In this document: piece after piece, positions 9,540 to 17,539 of the stretch
Layout: every line of letters starts with the position of its first letter
Numbering within the stretch: position 1 is the stretch's first letter
DNA from: a virus
Strand: one strand, 5' to 3'
DNA length: 25,077 bases
UHGV virus genome: UHGV-0139735
Notes under the pieces: model-generated
Database searches by the model: none
Told to the model about the DNA's origin: nothing
The model's input: only the letters and a program-made list of their open reading frames with translations
Made by a program: the position numbers and the translations under genes

Positions 9540-9910
9540 ACAACATCCCTTATTCTGAATATTCTATTAAAATCAATATCAACAGCAGAGTTCGACCACT
9601 CACTCTTTTGATTATCTTTAATTAGAATTGCTTTGTTCTCGTCAAAGATTATATTTGTACCACTAAACTCAATATGAGATAGGTCTCCTCTAAATATTTT
9701 TTGCTCAACGCTTTTGAATGCATCTTTTAATGATGCACACTCTTTTCTGAATAATGGTTTGGGGCTGTAAGTCCCTAAGTTTATAACTATTACGCCACTA
9801 CCATCTTTAGCAGGGTGAATGGAGAAAGATAGCGCTAATCCGTGATAGTGGGATTGTATTTTCTTCATTAATTTACGAACGTAATCATCATACCGCTTTC
9901 TATATATCAT
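9536..9910 (-). CDS. Hypothetical soluble protein (124 aa); first gene of the two-gene cargo operon
   Basis: Intact AT-rich ORF translationally coupled to the membrane-protein gene. No family recognised by eye. Confidence 0.6.
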   Translation of the reverse strand: MIYRKRYDDYVRKLMKKIQSHYHGLALSFSIHPAKDGSGVIVINLGTYSPKPLFRKECASLKDAFKSVEQKIFRGDLSHIEFSGTNIIFDENKAILIKDNQKSEWSNSAVDIDFNRIFRIRDVV

Positions 9911-10074
9911 TTTTTTCTTAATGGTTAGTTGTTTTTCGTATATTACAATACTAATAAATATATTGTCGATTCAAATAAAACGTTGTAGCCAAGCGGAAGA
10001 ATTTTAGTTTACGGATGGTTGTTTTTTGATCTCCATAGCCGAAGGCAATCTGAACTATAGTGATCATAAAAGTG

Positions 10075-10116
10075 TTTACATTCATGGAACTACGCATATA
10101 CTGTATATGTGTACAG
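10075..10116 (+). promoter_or_regulatory. SOS-regulated promoter: -35 TTTACA, 16-bp spacer, -10 TATACT, with an overlapping LexA box
   Basis: taCTGTATATGTGTACAGtg at 10101-10116 fits the LexA consensus CTGT-N8-ACAG and overlaps the -10 element and start site. It lies 33 bp upstream of the ATG at 10149. Confidence 0.7.
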
Positions 10117-10148
10117 TGCTTTCTGTGTGTTTGGTGATAGGAGGGAAG

Positions 10149-10337
10149 ATGCAAGACTATTTTTTGGAGTCGTTGAAGCTCCAGCGCATTGATTTTTTTG
10201 TCAAGCTTGTGGCGGCTAGTGAGTGTGATGATGAAGAGAAGCGACTGGCTATCCAGTGGGTTTCTGAGTTAACGGATGAGCTGATGGCAAAGATTCGTGC
10301 TCATGAATACAACCGCTCAATGGATCTTCCCAGTTAA
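10149..10337 (+). CDS. SOS-inducible small acidic protein (62 aa); candidate antirepressor-type (Tum-like role) gene
   Basis: Strong RBS (TAGGAGGG) 4 nt upstream of the ATG at 10149, directly downstream of the LexA-box promoter. The longer ORF-track version from 10026 would span the promoter itself. Confidence 0.6.
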   Translation: MQDYFLESLKLQRIDFFVKLVAASECDDEEKRLAIQWVSELTDELMAKIRAHEYNRSMDLPS

Positions 10338-10415
10338 CAGCAGGAACGTTGCTGGCGTGAGAACTAGCTTCTTACGTCAGCAAGGTTAAACAACGAGTAC
10401 AACGAGGCGTTAGCC

Positions 10416-10682
10416 ATGGGTAAATCCAACAGCAAATTCCAGACCGTTTATGAGGGGCAGGCGCTTGAACGTGACGAACTTGGCGGATGGGTTTTGTTTC
10501 AGCGTCGTGTAGAGTATGGCGGCAAGTACTGGATGGGAATAACCATGGATGATGTGTTTTTGTTTGGCTCCGATCATCCTGTATCAGGTAGTGAGGCGAT
10601 GGTCTTCATCATTGATTATGAGGGCGAGCAGCTCAGACGGTCTTTACCCGTTGGATACACCCCACAAATGCCGCTTTTCTGA
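10416..10682 (+). CDS. Hypothetical protein (88 aa), probably co-transcribed with the SOS-inducible ORF
   Basis: Backbone-like GC content; no terminator between the two ORFs; a terminator follows at 10750-10774. Confidence 0.5.
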   Translation: MGKSNSKFQTVYEGQALERDELGGWVLFQRRVEYGGKYWMGITMDDVFLFGSDHPVSGSEAMVFIIDYEGEQLRRSLPVGYTPQMPLF

Positions 10683-10749
10683 CAACCGGCTGGGTGCATG
10701 TCTATGCTGCATGAGATCGCATGATCGTTTGAGGATCGTTTTCGCTGAG

Positions 10750-10774
10750 GCCCGCCAGAACTGGCGGGCTTTTG
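10750..10774 (+). terminator. Rho-independent terminator (GCCCGCCAG-aa-CTGGCGGGC followed by TTTT)
   Basis: Perfect 9-bp GC-rich inverted repeat followed by a T-tract, 68 bp after the 88-aa ORF stop. Confidence 0.7.
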
Positions 10775-10818
10775 CTTATGTCATGCAGGTGCATGAAAAT
10801 CGCTCCATAAAGCGGGCA

Positions 10819-10837
10819 GGCGTGGCGGGGATACGAG
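10819..10837. other. Candidate cos (cohesive-end) site
   Basis: GGCGTGGCGGGGATACGAG followed by CGCGCGCTG. Its first 13 nt match the 19-nt cohesive end of 186 as I recall it (GGCGTGGCGGGGAAAGCAT; P2 is GGCGAGGCGGGGAAAGCAC). The recalled sequences were not checked against a reference. Confidence 0.4.
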
Positions 10838-10968
10838 CGCGCGCTGGGAGGTATAAGAATGAAGTACAATTAACTTCACTTTGTTGAGTAAAATGCTATA
10901 AGAATAATGCAAATTATTGAGTCCCATTAGTTCAAAACTTAGGGATATCTTATGTGAAAGGAGGTTAT

Positions 10969-12654
10969 ATGTTAGATAAATTGATTTTTAATTCAGGAAG
11001 TAATCCAACATCTAAATCTTCATTATCGGTTGACTTGACTCCATTGACAATTTTTGTGGGGCCGAATAATAGTGGTAAATCTAGAGCTTTAATCGATATA
11101 GAAAATCAACTGACAACCCGAAATGCAGCGCAGGGAGAAGTAATAAAACAGATATTAATCAAACCACTTTCTGAGGATGAAGCAAAAAAGGAAATTGAAT
11201 CTTTACAAGTTGAGCCAAACCAGGATGAAAAGCATGCGGGGCATGTTGTTTTATCTAGGCTAAACCTCCGTGGTGAAGGAATATCTAGGATTCTAGTGTA
11301 TTTGGATGGAATGTTAAGAGAATTCCAGCAACCCAATGAATTAAATCGGGAGCATCTATATCAATATTACTCGTTGCTGACTCTAAGGTTGGATGGTAGA
11401 AGTCGACTTTCCTTAACTTCAAGTCAAGGTTCATCCGATTTACAAGGAGAACCTACGAATAACCTTTCATTTCTTTTTAAAAATAATAAAGCAAGGATGG
11501 AGCTAAGAGATATCGTTTTTGATGCTTTCGGGAAGTATCTTGTTATTGATCCAACAAATATAGGTTATCTTAGAATTCGTCTTTCTGAGCGCGCTCCTGA
11601 GACTGAACAAGAAGAAAGAGGTTGGGATGAAAAGTCAGTGCTTTTTCATTCAAAAGCGTCATTGATTACAGAGGCTAGCGATGGTGTTAATGCTTTTGTT
11701 GGGATGATGATTTCGCTGATAGTTGGCTCACCAAAGGTGACTCTAATTGATGAGCCGGAAGCTTTTTTACATCCATCCTTATGCTCAAAGTTAGGAAAGG
11801 AAATATCTAGGATTAGTGCTCATAGTAATAAAAATGTGTTTATTTCAACGCATAGCGCTAATTTTTTAATGGGTTGTGTTCAAGGTAAAGTGCCATTGAA
11901 TATAGTTAGGCTTACTTTTGATGGTAAATCTGGTACGTCTAGATTACTAACAAAGGAACAATTGACGCCGCTCATGAGAAATCCGTTATTAAGATCTATT
12001 GGTGTGCTAAACGCATTGTTTTATAATTACGTTGTCGTTACTGAAGCGGATGCAGATAGGGCATTTTATCAAGAGATTAATGAGCGCTTATTGGCTGCTG
12101 GAGATCCTCGGGGTATTGAGGGATGCCTGTTTTTGAATGCTCAAAACAAACAAACTGTTTGGGATATAGTAAAACCCCTTCGTGAGCTAGGTATTCCCTG
12201 CGTTGGAGTGGTAGATATCGATATATTGAAGGAGGGAGGAGTTGTATGGAAAAAACCAATGCTTGGAGCTTTTTTTCCAGAAATGAAGCATGAAACTTTA
12301 GGTTTGGAAAGACAAAAGCTTTTTCAAGCCTTCAAAAATACGAATAAAAATATGAAGACAGATGGGGGCCTCTCCTTGTTATCGGGTTCAGATAAAACCG
12401 CCTGCTCTGAGTTTTTTAAATCCCTTTCAGATTATGGGGTTTTTGTCGTTCCAACGGGCGAGATCGAGTCTTGGTTGCAAAATCTTGAAATAGGTCGAGG
12501 AAAGAATACTTGGTTAACAAGTATTTTCGAGAAGATGGGGGATGATCCTAATGATGAATCATATGTGAAGCCATCTGAAGGTGATGTTTGGGATTTTATT
12601 GGGAATATAAAGCACTGGTTGGTTAACCCTGAAAGGAAGGGTATTCCCGAGTGA
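10969..12654 (+). CDS. OLD-family ABC-type ATPase with C-terminal TOPRIM nuclease domain (P2 Old-like anti-phage defence protein)
   Basis: 561 aa from the ATG at 10969 (RBS AAAGGAGG). Walker A GPNNSGKS, Walker B/D-loop VTLIDEPEAFLHPS, H-loop ISTHSAN, and C-terminal Toprim-like acidic motifs VVVTEADAD and VGVVDID. AT-rich relative to the backbone. Confidence 0.7.
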   Translation: MLDKLIFNSGSNPTSKSSLSVDLTPLTIFVGPNNSGKSRALIDIENQLTTRNAAQGEVIKQILIKPLSEDEAKKEIESLQVEPNQDEKHAGHVVLSRLNLRGEGISRILVYLDGMLREFQQPNELNREHLYQYYSLLTLRLDGRSRLSLTSSQGSSDLQGEPTNNLSFLFKNNKARMELRDIVFDAFGKYLVIDPTNIGYLRIRLSERAPETEQEERGWDEKSVLFHSKASLITEASDGVNAFVGMMISLIVGSPKVTLIDEPEAFLHPSLCSKLGKEISRISAHSNKNVFISTHSANFLMGCVQGKVPLNIVRLTFDGKSGTSRLLTKEQLTPLMRNPLLRSIGVLNALFYNYVVVTEADADRAFYQEINERLLAAGDPRGIEGCLFLNAQNKQTVWDIVKPLRELGIPCVGVVDIDILKEGGVVWKKPMLGAFFPEMKHETLGLERQKLFQAFKNTNKNMKTDGGLSLLSGSDKTACSEFFKSLSDYGVFVVPTGEIESWLQNLEIGRGKNTWLTSIFEKMGDDPNDESYVKPSEGDVWDFIGNIKHWLVNPERKGIPE

Positions 12655-12661
12655 GTTTATT

Positions 12662-12684
12662 GAGCCGCTTTAGCGGCTCTTTTC
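12662..12684 (+). terminator. Terminator hairpin (gagccgc-ttta-gcggctc followed by TTTTC) between the convergent OLD-like and Q genes
   Basis: 7-bp perfect stem and T-run directly after the OLD-like stop codon; only 36 bp separate the two convergent stop codons. Confidence 0.65.
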
Positions 12685-12690
12685 ATATTC

Positions 12691-13722
12691 CTATGCAAGG
12701 TTATATTCATTAAATTGCATTATTGGCTCCTTTATCCATTCATTTACTTCTTGAAGCCTTTTTTGCAATGGAATTAGCTCATTACGGACAAAGACCCTGC
12801 TGGCTTTCTCCACATCCCCAAATCCCCCGACATTATTTGGCATTATCCCCATCATTTGTGGCGGCACACGATGCGCAGCCATCATGTCATCCCGGCTCAC
12901 GTTCTTGATATTCAGAAACTCATCCTTCGCCGCGACTTCTGACAACGGGATGATCTGAAGCCCGTCCTTTTTGCCGTTAGGCGAGTACATAAACAGGTTG
13001 CGGAAGTTGCCAGGGCCTTTGGCGCTTTTCATCGCATTGCGGAGGTTGTTCACATCCTCCTGGTTCTGCGCGGCATCGGTCATGTACATGATGAAGCCTG
13101 CATGACTGCCGTTAATGTAATACTTCCGGCGGAACAGCGTGGCGGACTCGTTGAGCAGGGCCGACGGAATGGCAGAAAGATAACCTGGCAGGCCGTAGAT
13201 CTCCTGGTTGATGTCAGGTTCCATCAGATGAAAAATGCTGCCTTTCGTGAACTGATACGGCTGGGTTGTCATACCGTATTGCACAAACCAGTAGGTATCC
13301 AGGTCTAACCCGCGTCGGGTGTATTTTGCCAGCGCAGGCTCAAGGGCTATAACTTCACCGAATCGGTTCGTGCGTTTCTCCAGGTAGGCGTTACCAAATA
13401 CCAGATAGTCCTGCACAAAACGCGAAAAAGCCTGTTGGCTGAGCAGCGGATGAGGGATATAGGTACTGGTCAGAATGTTGCACTTTACTGCAATCGGGGA
13501 ACTGTGATGCACGGCAGCCCGGAAGGTGCGCGCCAGTCCGTCAAAACTTACGGGTGGCTCATACCAGCGATCCGTCTGTACGCATTCCACATAGTCCAGC
13601 AGTTCGCGGCGGTCCAGTACAGGAATGGGATCACCAAAGCTGAAAGCTTCGGCTGAAGTTTGATTTTTATGCTGGCTCCGTTTCGTCGCAGCAGCGCGGT
13701 TTTTCTTACTCTTTCCCATCAA
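12691..13722 (-). CDS. Q: Portal protein (P2 gpQ)
   Basis: 343 aa (P2 Q is ~344 aa), located downstream of and overlapping the terminase ATPase gene, in P2 order. Confidence 0.85.
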   Translation of the reverse strand: MMGKSKKNRAAATKRSQHKNQTSAEAFSFGDPIPVLDRRELLDYVECVQTDRWYEPPVSFDGLARTFRAAVHHSSPIAVKCNILTSTYIPHPLLSQQAFSRFVQDYLVFGNAYLEKRTNRFGEVIALEPALAKYTRRGLDLDTYWFVQYGMTTQPYQFTKGSIFHLMEPDINQEIYGLPGYLSAIPSALLNESATLFRRKYYINGSHAGFIMYMTDAAQNQEDVNNLRNAMKSAKGPGNFRNLFMYSPNGKKDGLQIIPLSEVAAKDEFLNIKNVSRDDMMAAHRVPPQMMGIMPNNVGGFGDVEKASRVFVRNELIPLQKRLQEVNEWIKEPIMQFNEYNLA

Positions 13723-15485
13723 AAAATCTCCACAATATTGCTGGTATTGGCGGACTCGCCCTGCAGCGGTTCGTTAAACAGTGCGTGCATTGTTGCCCAG
13801 GCCAGATCGGCGTGGCTGGCTTCTTCGCTGCGGCTAGCTTCATAGGTCGGGCGGTTGCCGCTGGCGGTGGTGGCGCGACGGATTGCCATGAATGACTGCG
13901 CAATGTCGGTGTGCCCGGCGTCAAACTCCAGACGGCGGTGGCTGATAATGTCGTAGGCCTTGAGTACCAGGGCGTTTTTAACGTTGGGGTTGTAGACAAA
14001 CTCCCGGACGGCAGGAAAGAACGCTTTCACGTTCTCATAAACCCCGTGACCGACGCCTGTCGAGTCGATGCCGATATAGGTCACGTTGTACTGCTCGGTC
14101 AGTTTTTTGATTGCATCAGCCTGGGCGCGGAAGTCCATCCCGCGCCACTGGTGACGCTCAAGAATGCGAAACTTACCGCCTGGCACGGCTGGCGGTGCCA
14201 CCACCACGCATCCGGCGCTGTCGCCATTCTGCGTACCTTTTGCCGGGTCATAACCGATCCACACCTCGCGCCAGCCAAACGGGCGCAGGGCCAGTGCATG
14301 AAAGTCGGTCCAGACTTCCCAACTGTCCACCATGCACGCCTGCAGCTCGCTGAGCGGAAACACGGATGCGAGATCGTCCACAAACTCGCACATCAGCAGG
14401 TTCTGGTATTCGTCCGGGCTGTACTCCATGCGTAGCTGGTCGAGGTCGAACAGGTTACAGCCGCCGCGCACCGCATCTTCCACGGTGACTATCTGGCGGT
14501 ATTGCCCGTCTGCGCACAGCAGGCCGGGGGCCAGATTGCTGTGGGACAGGTCGATGTCCACCTTATCGGCTTTGTTGCGCCCACGGTTGAACAGCGCACC
14601 GGACCAGAACGGATAAGCACTGTGTGTCAGACTGGATGGCGTGGAAAAATAGGTTTGTCGCCATTTTTTGTGAATAGCCATACCGGAAGCCACTTTGCGC
14701 AGCTCCTGGAATTTCGGTATCCAGAAATATTCATCCAGATACAGGTTGCCGTGGTAACTCTGGGCCGTGCGGGCATTGGTGCCGAGGAAGTAAAGCGTGG
14801 CCCCGTTGGGAAGCACCATCGGATCGCCTTTCAGCTCCACTTCCACTTCTTTGGCGAAGTCGATGATGTACTGCTTAAAGACGTGGGCCTGTGCTTTGCT
14901 GGCGGAAAGGAAAATCTGGTTACGTCCGGTCAGCAGGGCGTCAATCAGGGCTTCACGGGCAAAGTAAAAGGTCGCGCCGATCTGGCGTGACTTCAGCAGG
15001 TTGCGGATGCGGTTGGTTTTTCCGGCTTCCCACCAGTGGCGCTGGTAGTTGAACATGGAGGAATGGAAGATTTCTTCCAGCTTCTCAATCTGTTCATCGG
15101 TGAAAACATTCTTTTCCGGCTGACGGCGCGGGCCTTTGTTGCGGTTGGCGACGTTTGGGTTTAAGTCGGCTTCGTTGCCGCCATTGTTAAACTTGCCGAT
15201 CCGCGCGTGGCGTTCCGACTGGCGCGCCAGCAGGTCAATCTCTTTGAAATCTTTCCCTTCTTTGTGCTCCTTCATAATGAGCTGGCAGTAGCGTGCGGCG
15301 GTGGTGAGCTGCATCTGATCCAGCGGCCCATAGTCACCCCACTTGTCGCGTTTTTTCCAGCTGTGAACGGTTGCAACTTTCTCGCCCAGCATTTCAGCAA
15401 TGCGGGCTACGCGGTATCCCTGAAAGTACAGCAGCATGGCCTGCCGACGGGGATCGAGATCTGCGGGTGTCAGTGTGGTGTTCAT
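13719..15485 (-). CDS. P: Terminase large (ATPase) subunit (P2 gpP)
   Basis: 588 aa (P2 P is ~590 aa), divergent from the scaffold gene O as in P2. Confidence 0.85.
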   Translation of the reverse strand: MNTTLTPADLDPRRQAMLLYFQGYRVARIAEMLGEKVATVHSWKKRDKWGDYGPLDQMQLTTAARYCQLIMKEHKEGKDFKEIDLLARQSERHARIGKFNNGGNEADLNPNVANRNKGPRRQPEKNVFTDEQIEKLEEIFHSSMFNYQRHWWEAGKTNRIRNLLKSRQIGATFYFAREALIDALLTGRNQIFLSASKAQAHVFKQYIIDFAKEVEVELKGDPMVLPNGATLYFLGTNARTAQSYHGNLYLDEYFWIPKFQELRKVASGMAIHKKWRQTYFSTPSSLTHSAYPFWSGALFNRGRNKADKVDIDLSHSNLAPGLLCADGQYRQIVTVEDAVRGGCNLFDLDQLRMEYSPDEYQNLLMCEFVDDLASVFPLSELQACMVDSWEVWTDFHALALRPFGWREVWIGYDPAKGTQNGDSAGCVVVAPPAVPGGKFRILERHQWRGMDFRAQADAIKKLTEQYNVTYIGIDSTGVGHGVYENVKAFFPAVREFVYNPNVKNALVLKAYDIISHRRLEFDAGHTDIAQSFMAIRRATTASGNRPTYEASRSEEASHADLAWATMHALFNEPLQGESANTSNIVEIF

Positions 15486-15531
15486 GGCACAAACCTACAG
15501 CCTTGAATGAAGGCTTTCCCCGCCTGCGGTT

Positions 15532-15549
15532 TGTGTGGTTGTCGGTACA
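15532..15549. promoter_or_regulatory. Ogr/Delta-type late-promoter activator site (TGT-N12-ACA dyad) in the divergent P/O control region
   Basis: TGTgtggttgtcggtACA at 15532-15549, in the 142-bp P-O intergenic region. P2 late promoters carry a TGT-N12-ACA element centred near -55. Confidence 0.55.
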
Positions 15550-15627
15550 AATACCGTGCATTGTTTCACTGCCCCCATCACCGCAACCATAAGGCTCCAG
15601 TAAGTTTTTTCTAACGGAGCACGGCTC

Positions 15628-16461
15628 ATGACAGTGAAAACAAAGCGTTTTCGCATCGGGGTGGAAGGTGCCACCACCGACGGACGCGAAATCCAGCGTG
15701 AATGGCTGGAACAGATGGCAGCCAGCTACAACCCGGCGGTGTATACCGCGCTGATTAACCTTGAGCACATCAAGTCTTATCTGCCGGACAGCACCTTTAA
15801 CCGTTACGGCAAGGTGACGGCGCTGTTTGCCGAAGAAATCACGGAAGGTCCGCTGGCAGGCAAGATGGCGCTGTATGCCGACGTTGAGCCAACGGAATCC
15901 CTGGTGGAGCTGGTGAAAAAAGGCCAGAAATTATTCACCTCTATGGAAGTCAGCCCGAAGTTCGCTGATACGGGCAAAGCCTACCTGGTCGGCCTGGCTG
16001 CCACTGATGACCCTGCCAGTCTGGGTACGGAAATGCTGACATTCAGCGCCAGTGCAGCTCATAACCCGCTGGCAAACCGCAAGCAGAATCCTGCAAATCT
16101 CTTTACCGCTGCAGAGGAAACGGTGATCGAACTGGAAGAAATCCAGGATGACAAACCGTCCCTGTTTGCCCGTGTCACGGCGTTGTTTACCAAAAAAGAA
16201 CAGTCCGATGACGCCCGGTTCTCTGATGTGCATAAGGCCGTGGAGCTGGTCGCTACTGAGCAGCAGAACCTGAGCGCACGCACCGAAAAATCCCTGTCTG
16301 AGCAGGAAGAACGCCTGTCTGAACTGGAGACTGCTCTGCAGGCACAGCAAACCGCCTTTAACGAACTGGTGAATAAGCTGAGTCATGAAGACAGCCGCCA
16401 GGACTACCGCCAGCGTGCAACAGGCGGTAACGCCCCCGCTGACACTCTGACCAATTGCTGA
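15628..16461 (+). CDS. O: Capsid scaffolding protein (P2 gpO)
   Basis: 277 aa, first gene of the rightward head operon, with a coiled-coil-like C-terminus. Position and size match P2 O. Confidence 0.8.
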   Translation: MTVKTKRFRIGVEGATTDGREIQREWLEQMAASYNPAVYTALINLEHIKSYLPDSTFNRYGKVTALFAEEITEGPLAGKMALYADVEPTESLVELVKKGQKLFTSMEVSPKFADTGKAYLVGLAATDDPASLGTEMLTFSASAAHNPLANRKQNPANLFTAAEETVIELEEIQDDKPSLFARVTALFTKKEQSDDARFSDVHKAVELVATEQQNLSARTEKSLSEQEERLSELETALQAQQTAFNELVNKLSHEDSRQDYRQRATGGNAPADTLTNC

Positions 16462-16477
16462 TGGAGCACAAAACCTG

Positions 16478-17536
16478 ATGAAGAAGAATACCCGATTTGC
16501 TTTTAACGCTTACCTGCAGCAGCTGGCGCGTCTGAACGGTGTGGCAGTTGAAGAACTGTCCAGCAAGTTCACCGTGGAGCCGTCTGTACAGCAGACGCTG
16601 GAAGACCAGATCCAGCAGTCCGCCGCTTTCCTGACGCTGATTAACGTCACGCCAGTGACTGAGCAGTCCGGTCAGCTGCTGGGGCTGGGAGTTGGTAGCA
16701 CCATTGCCGGAACCACTGACACCACCGCGAAAGAGCGTGAACCTGTCGATCCGACGCTGATGGTCGATGTGGAATACAAATGCGAGCAGACCAACTTTGA
16801 CACGGTACTGACCTACGCGAAGCTGGACCTGTGGGCGAAGTTTCAGGATTTCCAGGTGCGTATCCGTGACGCCATCGTGAAACGTCAGGCACTGGACCGC
16901 ATCATGATCGGCTTTAACGGCGTGAAGCGTGCGAAAACCTCCAACCGTAGCGAAAACCCGCTGCTGCAGGATGTGAATAAAGGCTGGTTACAGAAAATCC
17001 GTGAAGATGCACCGGATCACGTCATGGGTAGCACCACCACGGGCGGTGAAACCACACCGGGTGCGGTGAAAGTCGGGAAAGGTGGCGAATATGCCAACCT
17101 GGACGCCGTGGTGATGGATGCCGTCAATGAGCTTATCGACGTGGTCTACCAGGACGATGACGATCTGGTGGTGATTTGCGGTCGTGAACTGCTGTCTGAC
17201 AAGTATTTCCCGCTGGTCAACAAAGAGCAGGAAAACAGTGAAAAACTGGCAGCCGATATGATTATCAGTCAGAAACGCATGGGCGGTCTGCAGGCCGTGC
17301 GTGCGCCGTTCTTCCCGCCGAATGCGCTGCTGATCACCCGTCTGGATAACTTGTCCATCTACTGGCAGGAAGACACCCGCCGCCGTTCAGTTATCGACAA
17401 CCCGAAACGTGATCGGATTGAAAACTTTGAATCTGTTAACGAAGCCTATGTGGTTGAGGACTACCGCTGCGCTGCACTGGTGGAAAACATCCAGATTGGC
17501 GATTTCAGCGCCGCCGCAGCAGAAGCCGGAGCGTAA
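16478..17536 (+). CDS. N: Major capsid protein (P2 gpN)
   Basis: 352 aa (P2 N is ~357 aa), directly after the scaffold gene. Confidence 0.85.
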   Translation: MKKNTRFAFNAYLQQLARLNGVAVEELSSKFTVEPSVQQTLEDQIQQSAAFLTLINVTPVTEQSGQLLGLGVGSTIAGTTDTTAKEREPVDPTLMVDVEYKCEQTNFDTVLTYAKLDLWAKFQDFQVRIRDAIVKRQALDRIMIGFNGVKRAKTSNRSENPLLQDVNKGWLQKIREDAPDHVMGSTTTGGETTPGAVKVGKGGEYANLDAVVMDAVNELIDVVYQDDDDLVVICGRELLSDKYFPLVNKEQENSEKLAADMIISQKRMGGLQAVRAPFFPPNALLITRLDNLSIYWQEDTRRRSVIDNPKRDRIENFESVNEAYVVEDYRCAALVENIQIGDFSAAAAEAGA

Positions 17537-17539
17537 CCC

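Noticed and set aside
9325-9558. 77-aa plus-strand ORF inside the minus-strand membrane-protein gene
   Set aside because: Antisense to the better-supported coupled minus-strand operon; no RBS.
10549-10887. 112-aa plus-strand ORF overlapping the 88-aa ORF and running through the terminator and candidate cos
   Set aside because: It spans a strong terminator hairpin and the cos-like sequence, has no RBS, and overlaps a better-supported ORF in another frame.
13911-15506. Multiple plus-strand ORFs (e.g. 13911-14435, 14502-14990, 15207-15506) inside the minus-strand terminase gene P
   Set aside because: Antisense shadow ORFs within a well-supported long gene; GC-rich sequence gives long stop-free frames; no RBS or synteny support.
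15513-15525. Reverse complement AGGCGGGGAAAGC matches 13 nt of the recalled P2/186 cohesive-end core, in the P-O intergenic region. A weaker similar motif (GGCGAAAGGCACTG) occurs at about 18214-18227 between M and L.
   Set aside because: The location is wrong for cos in P2-like genomes, where cos lies between the early/right-end region and Q. The 5' part of the cohesive end is not matched. The site at 10819-10837 is positionally consistent. Retained only as a curiosity; it could reflect terminase or promoter-associated sequence.
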